Positions 10,498-20,963 of a DNA stretch of 64,000 nucleotides are shown here, in pieces (position 1 is the stretch's first letter; every line of letters begins with the position of its first letter). The notes under the pieces are model-generated. The model was not told where the DNA came from. It worked only from the letters and a program-made list of their open reading frames with translations, and ran no database searches. The translations under genes were made by a program, and so were the position numbers. This stretch comes from Nitrospirota bacterium (GTDB lineage: Bacteria > Nitrospirota > JACRHJ01), in NCBI GenBank assembly GCA_963845245.1, contig CAWJRJ010000011.1:1-64000 (forward strand), given 5' to 3'.

Positions 10498-11922
10498 ATG
10501 GCAAATAAAAACAAGGTTTTCATAGCGGTGATAATTGGCCTAGCGGTGATCGCGGGCGTGGCCTTCGCAACTAAAGGCGTCTGGTTGCCGCACCTGCCGT
10601 TCGGACATGAAGACACTGCGGCTGAAACCGCCCAGCAGTGCAAAGAAGTCTATGTCTGCCCCATGCACACCCAGATAATAAAGGAGCGGCCCGGCGACTG
10701 CCCAATCTGCGGGATGACCCTCGTAAAGAAAGAGGTCAAGGAGGGCGGCGAAGCTCAACCCAAAAGCACTGAGGTGCCGGGCGGCGCTCCGAAGGGGACT
10801 GAGGGGCTTGGCAAGGTCACGCTCGACCCGCGCCAGCGCATGCTAGCAAACGTCGCCACCACAAAGGTGACGTCGAAAAGCATATCGCAGGACATCAACA
10901 CCGTCGGCAAGATCGCATACAACGAACAGACCGTGCGCAGGATAACCTCGCGCTATGCAGGACGCGTGGAACAGTTGCATATAAATTTCAGCGGCCAGGC
11001 CGTACGCAAGGGCCAGGTCATCCTTTCCATCTACAGCCCGGACATAATCGCCACCCAGAAGGAATACCTTATCGCCAAGGAGTCATCATCCCGCCTGAAA
11101 AACTCGGAGTTCCCCGAGATTGCAAAGAGCGCCGAAGGCGTGGTGGACGCCGCCAGGACGCGTCTTCGACTGTGGGGCATGACTGACGCCCAGGTCGACA
11201 CGCTCGACAAGACCGGGCACGTGAGGGACACGATAGACGTCTACTCACCTATATCCGGCACGGTCGTGGATATGAAGGTGCGTCAGGGAGATTACGTTTC
11301 CGAGGGCTCGGAGGTCTATACCATTGCCGAGCTGGGCCGGGTATGGATGCTCGCGGACGTCTATGAATACGAATTCTCCAAGGTAAGCCTCGGCTCTGAG
11401 GTGGAGGTTACCGCCGACGCGTTCCCCGGGCGGGTGTTCAGGGGCAAGGTCGCGTTCATCGACCCGTCCGTAAACCCCGAGAGCCGCACGGTGAAGGTGC
11501 GTGTTGACCTTCCGAACCCGAGCGGGATACTAAAACCCGAGATGTTCGTCAACGCGCGGATATTCTCAAGGGCCATCAAGGGCCTTACCATACCGGCATC
11601 TGCGGTGCTCTATACAGGCAACAGGAATGTCGCCTGGGTGGAGACCGGGCCTAACGTGTTCGAGCCGCGCGACCTCAAGCTCGGGCTTCGCTCGGGTGAT
11701 GATTACCTCGTGCTATCCGGGCTCAAAGAGGGCGACTCTGTGGTTTCCCAGGGCGGCTTCCTGATAGACTCCGAGGCGCAGCTCCGCGCAAGCGCAAGCG
11801 GCTCGATGCCTGGGATGCCGGGCATGGACATGGGTACTGGGAAAACTCCCTCTGCGGAGAAATCACCAGCTACCGGAAGCGGCAAACCCAAAGATGACAT
11901 GAAAGGCATGCCGGGGATGTAA
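10498..11922 (+). CDS. cusB: RND periplasmic adaptor with N-terminal heavy-metal-binding domain and Met-rich tail
   Basis: 'YVCPMH...CPICGM', 'IYSPDI..Q.EYL', 'LKPEMFV' and C-terminal 'MPGMPGMDM'. Confidence 0.9.
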   Translation: MANKNKVFIAVIIGLAVIAGVAFATKGVWLPHLPFGHEDTAAETAQQCKEVYVCPMHTQIIKERPGDCPICGMTLVKKEVKEGGEAQPKSTEVPGGAPKGTEGLGKVTLDPRQRMLANVATTKVTSKSISQDINTVGKIAYNEQTVRRITSRYAGRVEQLHINFSGQAVRKGQVILSIYSPDIIATQKEYLIAKESSSRLKNSEFPEIAKSAEGVVDAARTRLRLWGMTDAQVDTLDKTGHVRDTIDVYSPISGTVVDMKVRQGDYVSEGSEVYTIAELGRVWMLADVYEYEFSKVSLGSEVEVTADAFPGRVFRGKVAFIDPSVNPESRTVKVRVDLPNPSGILKPEMFVNARIFSRAIKGLTIPASAVLYTGNRNVAWVETGPNVFEPRDLKLGLRSGDDYLVLSGLKEGDSVVSQGGFLIDSEAQLRASASGSMPGMPGMDMGTGKTPSAEKSPATGSGKPKDDMKGMPGM

Positions 11923-11924
11923 TG

Positions 11925-11959
11925 CCCTCACCCCATCCCCTCTCCCGGAAGGCGAGGGG
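11925..11959. repeat. REP-like palindromic element
   Basis: CCCTCACCCCATCCCCTCTCCCGGAAGGCGAGGGG, a hairpin of the common CCCTCACCC...CTCTCCC...GAGGG REP type, between cusB and cusA. Confidence 0.6.
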
Positions 11960-11985
11960 TTTTAAATTGAAATCCAGGATCTATA

Positions 11986-14900
11986 ATGATCAATAAAATA
12001 ATAGAGTATTCCGCACGCAACAGGGTAATAGTACTGCTCGTATTCGCCCTCATAATAGGCTGGGGCGTATGGGCGGTCTACAACACGCCGGTCGACGCCA
12101 TCCCGGACCTCTCAGACAACCAGGTCATCGTGTTCACACAGTGGCCCGGCCGAAGCCCCCAGGTTATCGAGGACCAGATAACCTACCCCCTCGCCTCGAA
12201 CCTGCAGGGCGTCTCGAAGGTGAAGGCCGTCAGGGCGACGTCCGCCTTCGGCTTCTCGCTCATCTACATAATCTTCGACGACGACGCAGATATCTACTGG
12301 GCAAGGACGCGTGTGCTGGAGCGCCTGAACTATGCGACCTCACTCCTGCCGCCTGGTGTGCAGCCCGCGCTAGGACCGGACGGCACCGGCGTAGGGCACG
12401 TCTACTGGTACACCGTGGAAGGCAAGGGCTACGACCTGGCCCAGCTCCGGGCCATACAGGACTGGTTCATAAGATACCAGTTAAACGCGGTGCCGGGCGT
12501 TGCCGAGGTTGCCTCCATAGGCGGCTTCGTCAAACAGTACCAGGTCGACCTCGACCCGAACAAGCTTGACGGCTACCACGTGCCTGCCTCCGACGTCGTA
12601 AAAGCGGTAAGGATGAGCAACAACCAGGTAGACGGCAGCGTACTGGACCAGAACTCCATGACATTCATGGTGCGCGGCCTCGGTTACATTGAGGGAATAC
12701 ACGACCTTGAAAACACACAGGTGGGCGTGTACAACAATACCCCCATACTGGTTAAGGACGTAGGCCGTGTGCAGATGGGCGTGGAGGTGCGGCGCGGGAT
12801 GCTTGACAAAAACGGTGAAGGCGAGGCCGTCGGCGGGATAGTCGTGATGCGATACGGCGAGAACGCCAAGGACGTGATCGACCGGGTCAAGACAAAGATA
12901 AAGGAGATAGAGCCGGGCCTGCCCGAAGGCGTACATATCGTTGCGTCCTACGACCGCTCTGACCTCATAGAACGGGCTATCGACACCCTCAAACACGCCC
13001 TGACCGAGGAATCGATAATCGTCTCGATTGTCATTCTCTTGTTCCTGCTCCACTTCAGAAGCGCGCTCGTAATCGTGATTACGCTGCCCATCGCCGTGCT
13101 GATTGCCTTCATCACCATGAAGTATATGGGAATAACCTCGAACATCATGTCGTTAGGCGGCATCGCGATCGCGATAGGCGTGCTGGTGGACGCGGGCGTT
13201 ATCATGGTGGAGAACTGCTACCGGCATCTTTCCGAGCTGCACCCGGAAGAGAGGGACGCAAAGCGGCTTGAGACGGTAATCATGTCCGCCAAGCAGGTCG
13301 GGCGCGCAATATTCTTCTCTCTGATGATAATAGTGCTTTCGTTTGTGCCTGTCTTCCTGCTCACCGGGCAGGAGGGCAGGATGTTCCACCCGCTCGCATT
13401 TACCAAGACGTTCTCGATGGCTGGCTCCGCCATAATTGCTATCACGCTCGTCCCTGTCCTGATGTACTACCTGATGCGCGGAAAGATGCCGCACGAGGAC
13501 AAAAACCCTATCTCATCCTTTTTCATTGCAGTCTATTCACCTATTATCCGCTGGGCGCTGAAATGGAAGAAGACAGTCATAGTACTGAACCTTGCGGCGC
13601 TTGCAGTCGGCGTTTTCATGCTGGCAAATATAGGCAAAGAGTTCATGCCCTCGCTCGACGAGGGAAGCCTGCTGTTCATGCCTTCAACGCTTCCGCCCGT
13701 CTCCATTACTGAGGCAAAGCGCCTGATCACGGTACAGGACGCGATCATAAAATCCGTGCCGGAGGTGGACCACGTGCTTGGCAAGGTAGGCCGCGCCGAG
13801 ACCGCGACCGACCCGGCTCCGGTATCGATGTTCGAGACGTTGATACTGCTCAAGCCCAAGGAGCAATGGCGAAAAGGCATCACCAAGGCCGACATCCAGA
13901 ACGAACTGGCATCGAAGCTGAACATACCGGGTGTCTCGCAGGGATGGACACAGCCGATCATCAACAGGATCCAGATGCTGTCCACCGGCGTGCGCACCGA
14001 TCTCGGCGTAAAGATAATGGGCAACGACCTGGACACCCTCAACCACCTGGCGCAGCAATCGGAGGCGATACTGAGAAAGGTGCCGGGCGCGACCGACGTA
14101 TTCGCCGAAAGGGTTACGGGCGGCAAGTACCTGGATATCAAGGTGGACCGCGAGTCTGCGGCCCGTTACGGCCTAAAGGTGGCGGACGTAGAGGACGTCA
14201 TAGAATCCTCAATCGGCGGGATGAGCCTTACCAACACCGTGGAGGGCAGAGAGCGATTTCCCGTCGCAGTGCGTTACGCACGCGACTTCCGCTCCAACCT
14301 TGACGAGCTGAAACGCGTGCAGGTTTCGGTCGGTAACATGCTCCATGTCCCTCTCGACCAGCTCGCAACCATAAGTTATACCGACGGGCCGGACATGATA
14401 AGCTCGGAGAACAGCCTGCTGCGCTCGATTGTATACCTTAACGTCAAGGGGCGCGACCTGGGCGGCTTTGTGGAAGAGGCCAAAAAGACGCTCGACAGGG
14501 AGTTGAAACTGCCGCCCGGCTATTATGTCCAGTGGTCGGGCCAGTGGGAAAACCAGGTGCGCGCAACGAAGCGGCTCCGGATACTGGTGCCGATCGGGCT
14601 TCTAATCATCTTCATACTGCTCTACTTCACATTCCACTCGGCTATTGAGGCAAGCATGGTTATGCTCTCGGTGCCCTTTGCGCTTGTCGGCGGGATATAC
14701 CTGGTGTGGCTGCTGGGGTATTACTGGTCTACCGCTGTCGCGGTCGGTTTTATCGCGCTCTACGGCGTGGCGGTGGAGACCGGCGTGGTGATGGTGATCT
14801 ATCTGCACGAGGCGCTGGACAAGAAGCTGATGGCCGGGCCGGTGACAGAACAGGATATCTATGACGCGACGTTCGAGGGCGCGGTACTGAGGCTCCGTCC

Positions 14901-15120
14901 GAAGCTTATGACCGTCTCGGTCGCGCTTATGGGCCTCGTCCCCATCATGTGGTCGACAGGCACCGGCGCGGACGTTATGAAGCCCATAGCCACACCGATG
15001 ATCGGCGGGATGATCTCTTCCGCAGTACATGTGCTCATTATGACGCCGGTTATATTCGTCCTGATGAAGAAGCGCGACCTGAAGAAGGGGCGGCTGAAGG
15101 CGTCCGGGATGCAGCACTGA
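11986..15120 (+). CDS. cusA: CusA-family heavy-metal (Cu/Ag) RND efflux permease
   Basis: 1044 aa, with 'DAIPDLSDNQV', 'LGPDGTGVG', 'GVLVDAGVIMVEN', 'DPAPVSMFET' and 'RLRPKLMT'. Confidence 0.95.
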   Translation: MINKIIEYSARNRVIVLLVFALIIGWGVWAVYNTPVDAIPDLSDNQVIVFTQWPGRSPQVIEDQITYPLASNLQGVSKVKAVRATSAFGFSLIYIIFDDDADIYWARTRVLERLNYATSLLPPGVQPALGPDGTGVGHVYWYTVEGKGYDLAQLRAIQDWFIRYQLNAVPGVAEVASIGGFVKQYQVDLDPNKLDGYHVPASDVVKAVRMSNNQVDGSVLDQNSMTFMVRGLGYIEGIHDLENTQVGVYNNTPILVKDVGRVQMGVEVRRGMLDKNGEGEAVGGIVVMRYGENAKDVIDRVKTKIKEIEPGLPEGVHIVASYDRSDLIERAIDTLKHALTEESIIVSIVILLFLLHFRSALVIVITLPIAVLIAFITMKYMGITSNIMSLGGIAIAIGVLVDAGVIMVENCYRHLSELHPEERDAKRLETVIMSAKQVGRAIFFSLMIIVLSFVPVFLLTGQEGRMFHPLAFTKTFSMAGSAIIAITLVPVLMYYLMRGKMPHEDKNPISSFFIAVYSPIIRWALKWKKTVIVLNLAALAVGVFMLANIGKEFMPSLDEGSLLFMPSTLPPVSITEAKRLITVQDAIIKSVPEVDHVLGKVGRAETATDPAPVSMFETLILLKPKEQWRKGITKADIQNELASKLNIPGVSQGWTQPIINRIQMLSTGVRTDLGVKIMGNDLDTLNHLAQQSEAILRKVPGATDVFAERVTGGKYLDIKVDRESAARYGLKVADVEDVIESSIGGMSLTNTVEGRERFPVAVRYARDFRSNLDELKRVQVSVGNMLHVPLDQLATISYTDGPDMISSENSLLRSIVYLNVKGRDLGGFVEEAKKTLDRELKLPPGYYVQWSGQWENQVRATKRLRILVPIGLLIIFILLYFTFHSAIEASMVMLSVPFALVGGIYLVWLLGYYWSTAVAVGFIALYGVAVETGVVMVIYLHEALDKKLMAGPVTEQDIYDATFEGAVLRLRPKLMTVSVALMGLVPIMWSTGTGADVMKPIATPMIGGMISSAVHVLIMTPVIFVLMKKRDLKKGRLKASGMQH

Positions 15121-15141
15121 TCAGGGCCGGCTTCCGGCCGA

Positions 15142-15630
15142 TTATGCGGCCGAAAGCTCCCTCGCTTTTTTGGCGTACAGGTGGGTCCTGGTAATTATTA
15201 CGTCGCAGGGTGCACCATCGACTAAATTGTGTATGTTCCTCCCGAAGAGGAAATGTTCAAGCCTTGTCTCCTCATGGTGACCAAGCACAATAAGGTCGAT
15301 CTTTTTCTCCTTCGCGACGTTTAAAATCATCTCCATAGGTTCTTTGTCTTCGATTTCCAGCTCCTCCACTTCAAGCGAGAGCTTAAGCCTCTTCAGCTCC
15401 CTCCGGACAAACTCGTCGAGCCTTCCGACGTTTTCAGCCCTTTCCTGCTCCATTGACTTGGAGAAAAATACCCCTCCCACGCTGTAAAACAGCCGCGGCG
15501 GGGTTTTGTAAACATTCAGCACATAGAGTTTCGCCTTGAAAACGGTCGCCATCCTGGCCGCCATCTCCATCGCCTTATCGCACGAAGGGGCAAAGCTTAC
15601 CGGCACTAGGATGTTTTTGATATTAACCAT
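15142..15630 (-). CDS. Universal stress protein
   Basis: 'KNILVPVSF', 'IDLIVLGHH' and 'APCDVII'. Confidence 0.88.
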   Translation of the reverse strand: MVNIKNILVPVSFAPSCDKAMEMAARMATVFKAKLYVLNVYKTPPRLFYSVGGVFFSKSMEQERAENVGRLDEFVRRELKRLKLSLEVEELEIEDKEPMEMILNVAKEKKIDLIVLGHHEETRLEHFLFGRNIHNLVDGAPCDVIITRTHLYAKKARELSAA

Positions 15631-15756
15631 GTCCGACCTCCTTACTTACCTTATATTTTACCACAATAATGCGGTTCAAGTAAGGGAACTGGACAGCAGA
15701 GGCTTATGAACAATGATTGGCACGAGGGGTTATTGCCTTGGGAATTGTTTCTCTTT

Positions 15757-16069
15757 TTACTCTTTCTCATTTTCTTCCAAGTCTTCCATGCTATCTACAA
15801 GGTCGAACATGTTATATCTGTCGTTTCCCAATTGAATGCCTGGAATAATATTTATGCCATCTTCAGTCAATTTATATTGATAAACGGTCTTGTTTTTAAG
15901 AGGGACTACCTCTCCCTCTGTAATAAGCTCAGAATGGATAACTGTTTCCCATGAGGTCTTAATCCACAGGTTACGAACTACCATACCATCAATATCTATC
16001 GTGGTCTTGCCGAGAAAAGCCTTAGGTATCACTTTTGGGTCCTTTATAACTCCATACTGGAATGAGACA
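15757..16069 (-). other. AT-rich open frame with no clear start; possible foreign gene remnant
   Basis: About 100 protein-like codons ('VIKDPKVIPKAFLGK...DLEENEKE') starting right at the antiporter stop. About 39% GC by hand count over 15721-16020. Confidence 0.4.
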
Positions 16070-17077
16070 CTAATGGTAGAACGCCACCAGGTAAACAATA
16101 AACGCTACGTAAAAGCCGCCGCATAGCAGAAGTACCTGCGCAGGAAGGGTCTTCTTCACCTTAAGCACGACATATAGCATTGTGGCCGAAAGGAGCGCGA
16201 TTATGGCCGAGACCATCGTCGGGCCTTTCAGGTCCCAGTGCGTGAACGCCACGCCCACCGCGACAGGGAAGCTAGACTGAAACACCATCGCGCCGGTGAT
16301 ATTGCCGAGCGCAAGGGTGTCCTTCCTCTGGCGTATCCAAAGGACGCTGTTCATCTTTTCCGGCAGCTCTGTGGCTACCGGGGTGATGATGAGCGACAGG
16401 AGCATTGTCGATATGCCTATCATCTTCGAGACATGTTCCACGGCGACAACGAAGAAATGCGCGCCTCCCACTATCAACCCCAGGCTTACTATGATCTGGA
16501 GCAGTATGAACCTCTTCCTGACCCTTGTCCTGAAGAGGCGGGAGAGGTGCAGGTCATTGAGTTCTCCGTCGGAATGCCCCTCATGCCGCAGGGTAATGTA
16601 CATGTAGATGCTGTACGAGAAGGCGAGGCAGAGTGCTATTGCAACCCTCGCCGGGTGGCCTGGGACAAATGTGGCAAGAACCGCAACGCCATAGATTATT
16701 ATGAAGAAGCCCAGGTCGCGCTCCTTTACGGCTATGTCCAGGTGGAGTTTCTTCGACCTCCTGCCCTTCGCGGCATAGTAGTAGACCGCACAGCCCGAAA
16801 CGAACATGGCAAGCGTTGCCAGCATAAAAGGCGCGCCCGCTATCGCACCGATAGCCACCTCGGCGCTCTCACTGCTTCCGGCCATGAGCGCTATTATGGG
16901 TATGGTGGTCTCGGGAAGGGCAGTGCCGACTGCGGCGAGTATAGAGCCTGTAGCGCCGTGGGAGAGGTTCATCTTCTTGCCGAGCCATTCGACGGCGTTC
17001 GTAAAGAGCTCGGCGGCAAAGAGTATTACGGCAAGGCTCGCGATAAGGAGTGCCGGATAGGCTAAAAAGTCGTTCAA
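16070..17077 (-). CDS. Sodium:calcium antiporter (CaCA/YrbG family)
   Basis: Two alpha repeats, 'VGTALPE' and 'VATELPE', plus 'ALGNITGA'; about 10 TM helices. Confidence 0.9.
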   Translation of the reverse strand: MNDFLAYPALLIASLAVILFAAELFTNAVEWLGKKMNLSHGATGSILAAVGTALPETTIPIIALMAGSSESAEVAIGAIAGAPFMLATLAMFVSGCAVYYYAAKGRRSKKLHLDIAVKERDLGFFIIIYGVAVLATFVPGHPARVAIALCLAFSYSIYMYITLRHEGHSDGELNDLHLSRLFRTRVRKRFILLQIIVSLGLIVGGAHFFVVAVEHVSKMIGISTMLLSLIITPVATELPEKMNSVLWIRQRKDTLALGNITGAMVFQSSFPVAVGVAFTHWDLKGPTMVSAIIALLSATMLYVVLKVKKTLPAQVLLLCGGFYVAFIVYLVAFYH

Positions 17078-17131
17078 TATTAATTATCCTTAACTTAACA
17101 GGTTTGCGTATTCAGCTAACTGTCCGACGTC

Positions 17132-17225
17132 ATTGTATTATTCGGCCGGGTGGTTGTCAAGCCAAATGGGGCAATGCTTTCCAGGCGGATTTCAGGATTG
17201 ACAATTTTCAAATTGAGGTTAATAT
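17132..17225. promoter_or_regulatory. Divergent sigma70-like promoters for the antiporter and the DMT transporter
   Basis: Minus strand: TTGACA(17160-55)-17 bp-TACAAT(17137-32). Plus strand: TTGACA(17198-203)-16 bp-TAATAT. Confidence 0.55.
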
Positions 17226-17268
17226 AGATGAATTAAATCGGCAGCCTTGCGAATACGGAGCGGTCTGG

Positions 17269-17706
17269 ATGCCTGACATTTTCTTCTTCATTCTGATGCT
17301 CGTCGCCGGGGTAACCGTGGCCCTGCAGCCGCTCATCAACGCGAACCTGGCGACCAGGATCGGGGTGATCCAGAGCTCGTTCATATCTTTTCTGGTTGGT
17401 ACGCTGGCACTGGCCGGTGTAGCGCTTTTCCGTAATGACGGGAACCTGAAGGCTATAACAGGGGCTCCGCTCTGGCAGCTTTCTGGCGGGCTTCTTGGGG
17501 CTTTCTTCGTTACGGTATTGATTATTGCCGTACCCCGGATCGGCACTCTGGCCGCGCTATCAGCTGCCATTGCGACCCAGCTTGCGGCGGGCGTGGTACT
17601 TGACCATTTCGGCCTTCTGGGTGGACGGCATATCCCGATGGATGTGTGGAGGATATCCGGCACGGTCATGCTTGTAATAGGGGCAGGGCTTGTCCTTAAG
17701 GGCTAA
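17269..17706 (+). CDS. DMT-family transporter (YdcZ-like)
   Basis: 'LQPLINANL', 'WQLSGGLLGA' and 'LDHFGLLG'. GGAG RBS before ATG 17269. Confidence 0.88.
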   Translation: MPDIFFFILMLVAGVTVALQPLINANLATRIGVIQSSFISFLVGTLALAGVALFRNDGNLKAITGAPLWQLSGGLLGAFFVTVLIIAVPRIGTLAALSAAIATQLAAGVVLDHFGLLGGRHIPMDVWRISGTVMLVIGAGLVLKG

Positions 17707-17735
17707 TAAAGAAAGATCCTGGAGGCAGATATACG

Positions 17736-17984
17736 ATGGCTTGGGAATGGCATATGATCGAAGAGGAGAAGGCCCTGAGGGCGCTGCGCAAGGTTGTGGA
17801 CGGCACTGCAAAAAAACTCAAGAACCCGGGACTCGACGAGACGGAGGCCGAACAGCTTATGGAGCTGGCCCGCCACTGGGTATCGAAGGTATTCCCCGAC
17901 AAGCTGCAGGCGTACGACGCTATATATAAGCCGCGCCTCGAGAACATCTACTACAAGGAAAACAACATCCGCCATGAAAGATGA
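17736..17984 (+). CDS. Hypothetical protein
   Basis: GGAGG RBS, helical composition, operon position. Confidence 0.7.
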   Translation: MAWEWHMIEEEKALRALRKVVDGTAKKLKNPGLDETEAEQLMELARHWVSKVFPDKLQAYDAIYKPRLENIYYKENNIRHER

Positions 17985-18252
17985 CAAACTCATAGCAGCG
18001 CTTGAAGAAGTCGCCGGGATGGTCGGCGCGAGGGTCAGTTACGAGGTGATAAAGAAGACCACCGGCAGGCAGCCCAAAGGCGGGCTTTGCTATATAACCG
18101 AAGGGCCCCGGATAATAATCCACAAAAAACTCTCCGACAGCGAGAAGGTTCAGGTGCTGATAGACGCACTGCACGAGTTCGACCTGGAGAACCTATACAT
18201 CGCCCCAGAGGTCAGACAGGCCATCGAGGGCGTAACAAACCTGATAAAGTAA
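17974..18252 (+). CDS. Hypothetical protein
   Basis: Overlaps the previous stop; 'GGLC...IIIHKKLS...DLENLYIAPEVR'. Confidence 0.7.
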   Translation: MKDDKLIAALEEVAGMVGARVSYEVIKKTTGRQPKGGLCYITEGPRIIIHKKLSDSEKVQVLIDALHEFDLENLYIAPEVRQAIEGVTNLIK

Positions 18253-18367
18253 GTCTCCGCATGATGTTGCCGTTCTAGCTTTCCTTTTCCGTTTATTATT
18301 CAAGACTTGTGTTATATTTATAGTAGGGCGCGAGAAACGGCTTCCTGATTGTCACAGGTGTGCATAA

Positions 18368-19891
18368 ATGGACAGGATTGACGAAATACTGCCGCATGAC
18401 AGCTTCAACGACGAGTTGCTCAGGAACGTACACCCGGAGTGCTGGGTAAACCCCAAACCGGCAAAAGTTTATAACCTTGTCGTCCTTGGCGGCGGCACGG
18501 CCGGGCTGGTCGCAGCAACCGAGGCCGCATCTCTTGGCGCAAAGGTCGCACTCGTCGAACGCTACCTTGTTGGCGGAGACTGCCTGAACCTCGGCTGCAT
18601 CCCTTCCAAGACCATCATCAGTTCTTCACGCGTGTCCGAGGAAGTAAAGGAGGCCTCAGGCCACGGTGTGCGGGTGCGGTGCGGTGCAGAGGCCGACTTT
18701 GGGGCCGTGATGGAGCGTATGCGCCGGCTACGCGCAATGATCAGCAAGCGCGACTCAGTCTCGCGGTTGAGGGATATGGGCATCGACGTCTTTCTGGGCG
18801 AAGGCAGGTTCACCGGCCCGGATTCACTCGAAGTCTCAGGGAAAGCACTGAGGTTTAAAAAAGCGGTCATAGCAACGGGCGCAAGACCATTCCACCCGCC
18901 CGTAGAAGGGCTTGCCGAGGCCGGATACCTCACCAGTGAGACCGTCTTCTCGCTTACAAAACGACCTGCCAGGATGGCAGTGCTAGGGGGTGGGAGTACG
19001 GGCTGCGAACTGGCACAGGCCTTCCAGCGGCTCGGCACCCAGGTAACCCTGCTCCATAACAAGGCACGGCTGATGGACAGGGAAGACCCGGAGGCTTCGG
19101 CAATATTGCAGGATGTTTTTTTACGCGAGGGAATACGCATTGTATTGGGGGATTGGGTGCTCAGGAAGGTTGAGGTTATCGGTACGAAGAAAGTATTGCA
19201 CATAGAGAGGGACGGCGTCAGCGAGCAGGTCCCGGTGGATGAGATATTTGTGGCAACCGGCCGTTCCCCGAATGTGAAATCTCTCGGCCTTGAAGAGGCC
19301 GGCGTTGCTTACGACAGCCGCGCTGGCGTTAATGTAAACAACTACCTGCAGACCACCAACAGGCGCATATACGCGGCTGGCGATGTTTGCCTCAAGCTTC
19401 GGTTCAACCATACGGCCGAGGCGGCCGCAAGGATAGCCGTTCACAACGCCCTGCTTGCGGACCGTCAAAGGTTCGACCACCTCATAATACCATGGTGCAC
19501 ATTTACCGACCCTGAGGTTGCTCATGTCGGGATGTACGGACATGAAGCGCCTTCGAAGAGGACAGGGATGGAGACCTTGACGGAATACCTCGAAAACGTG
19601 GACAGGGCAGTGCTTGAAGGCGAGGATAAGGGCTTTGTTAAGGTACATATACGAAAAGAAACCGGCGAACTCCTCGGCGCGACTATTGTATCGAAACATG
19701 CGGGTGAGATGATCGGCGAGTTGACCCTCGCCATGATGGCCGGAATCGGCCTTGAACAACTGTCTCACCTGATACATCCCTACCCGACCCGCTCAGAAGC
19801 CCTGGGGCATATCACTGACAGTTTCACCCGCCGGCTAAACGCGACAAAGAAAGAGACTGCCACAAAAAGACTTGCATCCGGCAGTCGATAG
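18368..19891 (+). CDS. Class I pyridine nucleotide-disulfide oxidoreductase (MerA/LPD-like, no C-terminal Cys pair)
   Basis: 'GGGTAG', redox motif '[13 protein letters not shown]', 'IYAAGD' and 'HPYPTRSE'. Confidence 0.9.
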   Translation: MDRIDEILPHDSFNDELLRNVHPECWVNPKPAKVYNLVVLGGGTAGLVAATEAASLGAKVALVERYLVGGDCLNLGCIPSKTIISSSRVSEEVKEASGHGVRVRCGAEADFGAVMERMRRLRAMISKRDSVSRLRDMGIDVFLGEGRFTGPDSLEVSGKALRFKKAVIATGARPFHPPVEGLAEAGYLTSETVFSLTKRPARMAVLGGGSTGCELAQAFQRLGTQVTLLHNKARLMDREDPEASAILQDVFLREGIRIVLGDWVLRKVEVIGTKKVLHIERDGVSEQVPVDEIFVATGRSPNVKSLGLEEAGVAYDSRAGVNVNNYLQTTNRRIYAAGDVCLKLRFNHTAEAAARIAVHNALLADRQRFDHLIIPWCTFTDPEVAHVGMYGHEAPSKRTGMETLTEYLENVDRAVLEGEDKGFVKVHIRKETGELLGATIVSKHAGEMIGELTLAMMAGIGLEQLSHLIHPYPTRSEALGHITDSFTRRLNATKKETATKRLASGSR

Positions 19892-20003
19892 CATTTTATT
19901 TATATTCATTCAGCCCAGACCAAGCATACCAACACCCTTTTATGATATTATTACATCATACGCGGTGTTTGTTTCATGGCCACTCAGTCACAGGAGGCTT
20001 ATC

Positions 20004-20963
20004 GTGTCTTTAATATTTAACGACAACTCCCTCTCCATCGGCAGGACCCCGCTTGTAAGACTCAACAGGATAACACAAGGCGCGAAGGCCACCGTACTTG
20101 CAAAGATCGAGGGGCGAAACCCCTCGTATTCGGTGAAATGCCGCATCGGTGCGGCTATGGTATGGGACGGCGAGGCAAGGGGCACGCTTCGCCCTGGTAA
20201 AGAGATACTGGAGCCGACCAGCGGGAACACCGGTATTGCGCTCGCATTCGTCGCCGCAAGCCGCGGCTACAGGGTCACGCTTACGATGCCGGAGACTATG
20301 AGCCTGGAGCGGAGACGCGTCCTTGCAGCTTTGGGGGCAAACCTTGTCCTGACGCCCGGGCCGGAGGGAATGGCAGGCGCCGTCAGGAAGGCGGAAGAGA
20401 TGCTGGCCACTGACCCTGGACGCTACTTCATGCCCCAGCAGTTCAAAAACCCGGCCAACCCGGAAATACACGAGAAGACCACCGGCCCTGAGATATGGTA
20501 CGATACCGGCGGGCTGGTGGACGTACTGGTCTCGGGCGTCGGCACCGGAGGGACTATCACCGGCGTGTCGAGATACATCAAGAACACCATGAAGAAACCG
20601 TTTGTCTCGGTCGCGGTAGAACCTGCGGCCAGCCCTCTAATCACCCAGAAACTTGCCGGGCAGGAACTGAAACCGGGCCCGCACAAAATACAGGGGATCG
20701 GAGCCAACTTCATACCTGACACGCTAGACCTTTCGATCGTGGACAGGGTCGAGCGCGTTGACGAGTTGGAAGCTGTCGAGTACGCCCGGCGGCTGATGAA
20801 GGAAGAGGGCATACTGTGCGGCATCTCATGTGGCGCGGCTGCAGCGGCTGCGGTAAGGATTGCCAGAGAACCTGAGTATGCCGGTAAGACGATTGTGGTC
20901 ATCCTCCCGGACGCGGGCGAGAGATACCTTTCTACCGTCCTCTTCGACGGAATCGGTATTTGA
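20004..20963 (+). CDS. cysK: Cysteine synthase A
   Basis: '[11 protein letters not shown]', 'EPTSGNTG', 'GVGTGGT' and 'PHKIQGIG'. GTG start after AGGAGG. Confidence 0.95.
   Translation: MSLIFNDNSLSIGRTPLVRLNRITQGAKATVLAKIEGRNPSYSVKCRIGAAMVWDGEARGTLRPGKEILEPTSGNTGIALAFVAASRGYRVTLTMPETMSLERRRVLAALGANLVLTPGPEGMAGAVRKAEEMLATDPGRYFMPQQFKNPANPEIHEKTTGPEIWYDTGGLVDVLVSGVGTGGTITGVSRYIKNTMKKPFVSVAVEPAASPLITQKLAGQELKPGPHKIQGIGANFIPDTLDLSIVDRVERVDELEAVEYARRLMKEEGILCGISCGAAAAAAVRIAREPEYAGKTIVVILPDAGERYLSTVLFDGIGI

Noticed and set aside
18368..19891. Mercuric reductase (merA)
   Set aside because: It lacks the C-terminal Cys-Cys pair and an N-terminal HMA domain, and there are no mer genes nearby.
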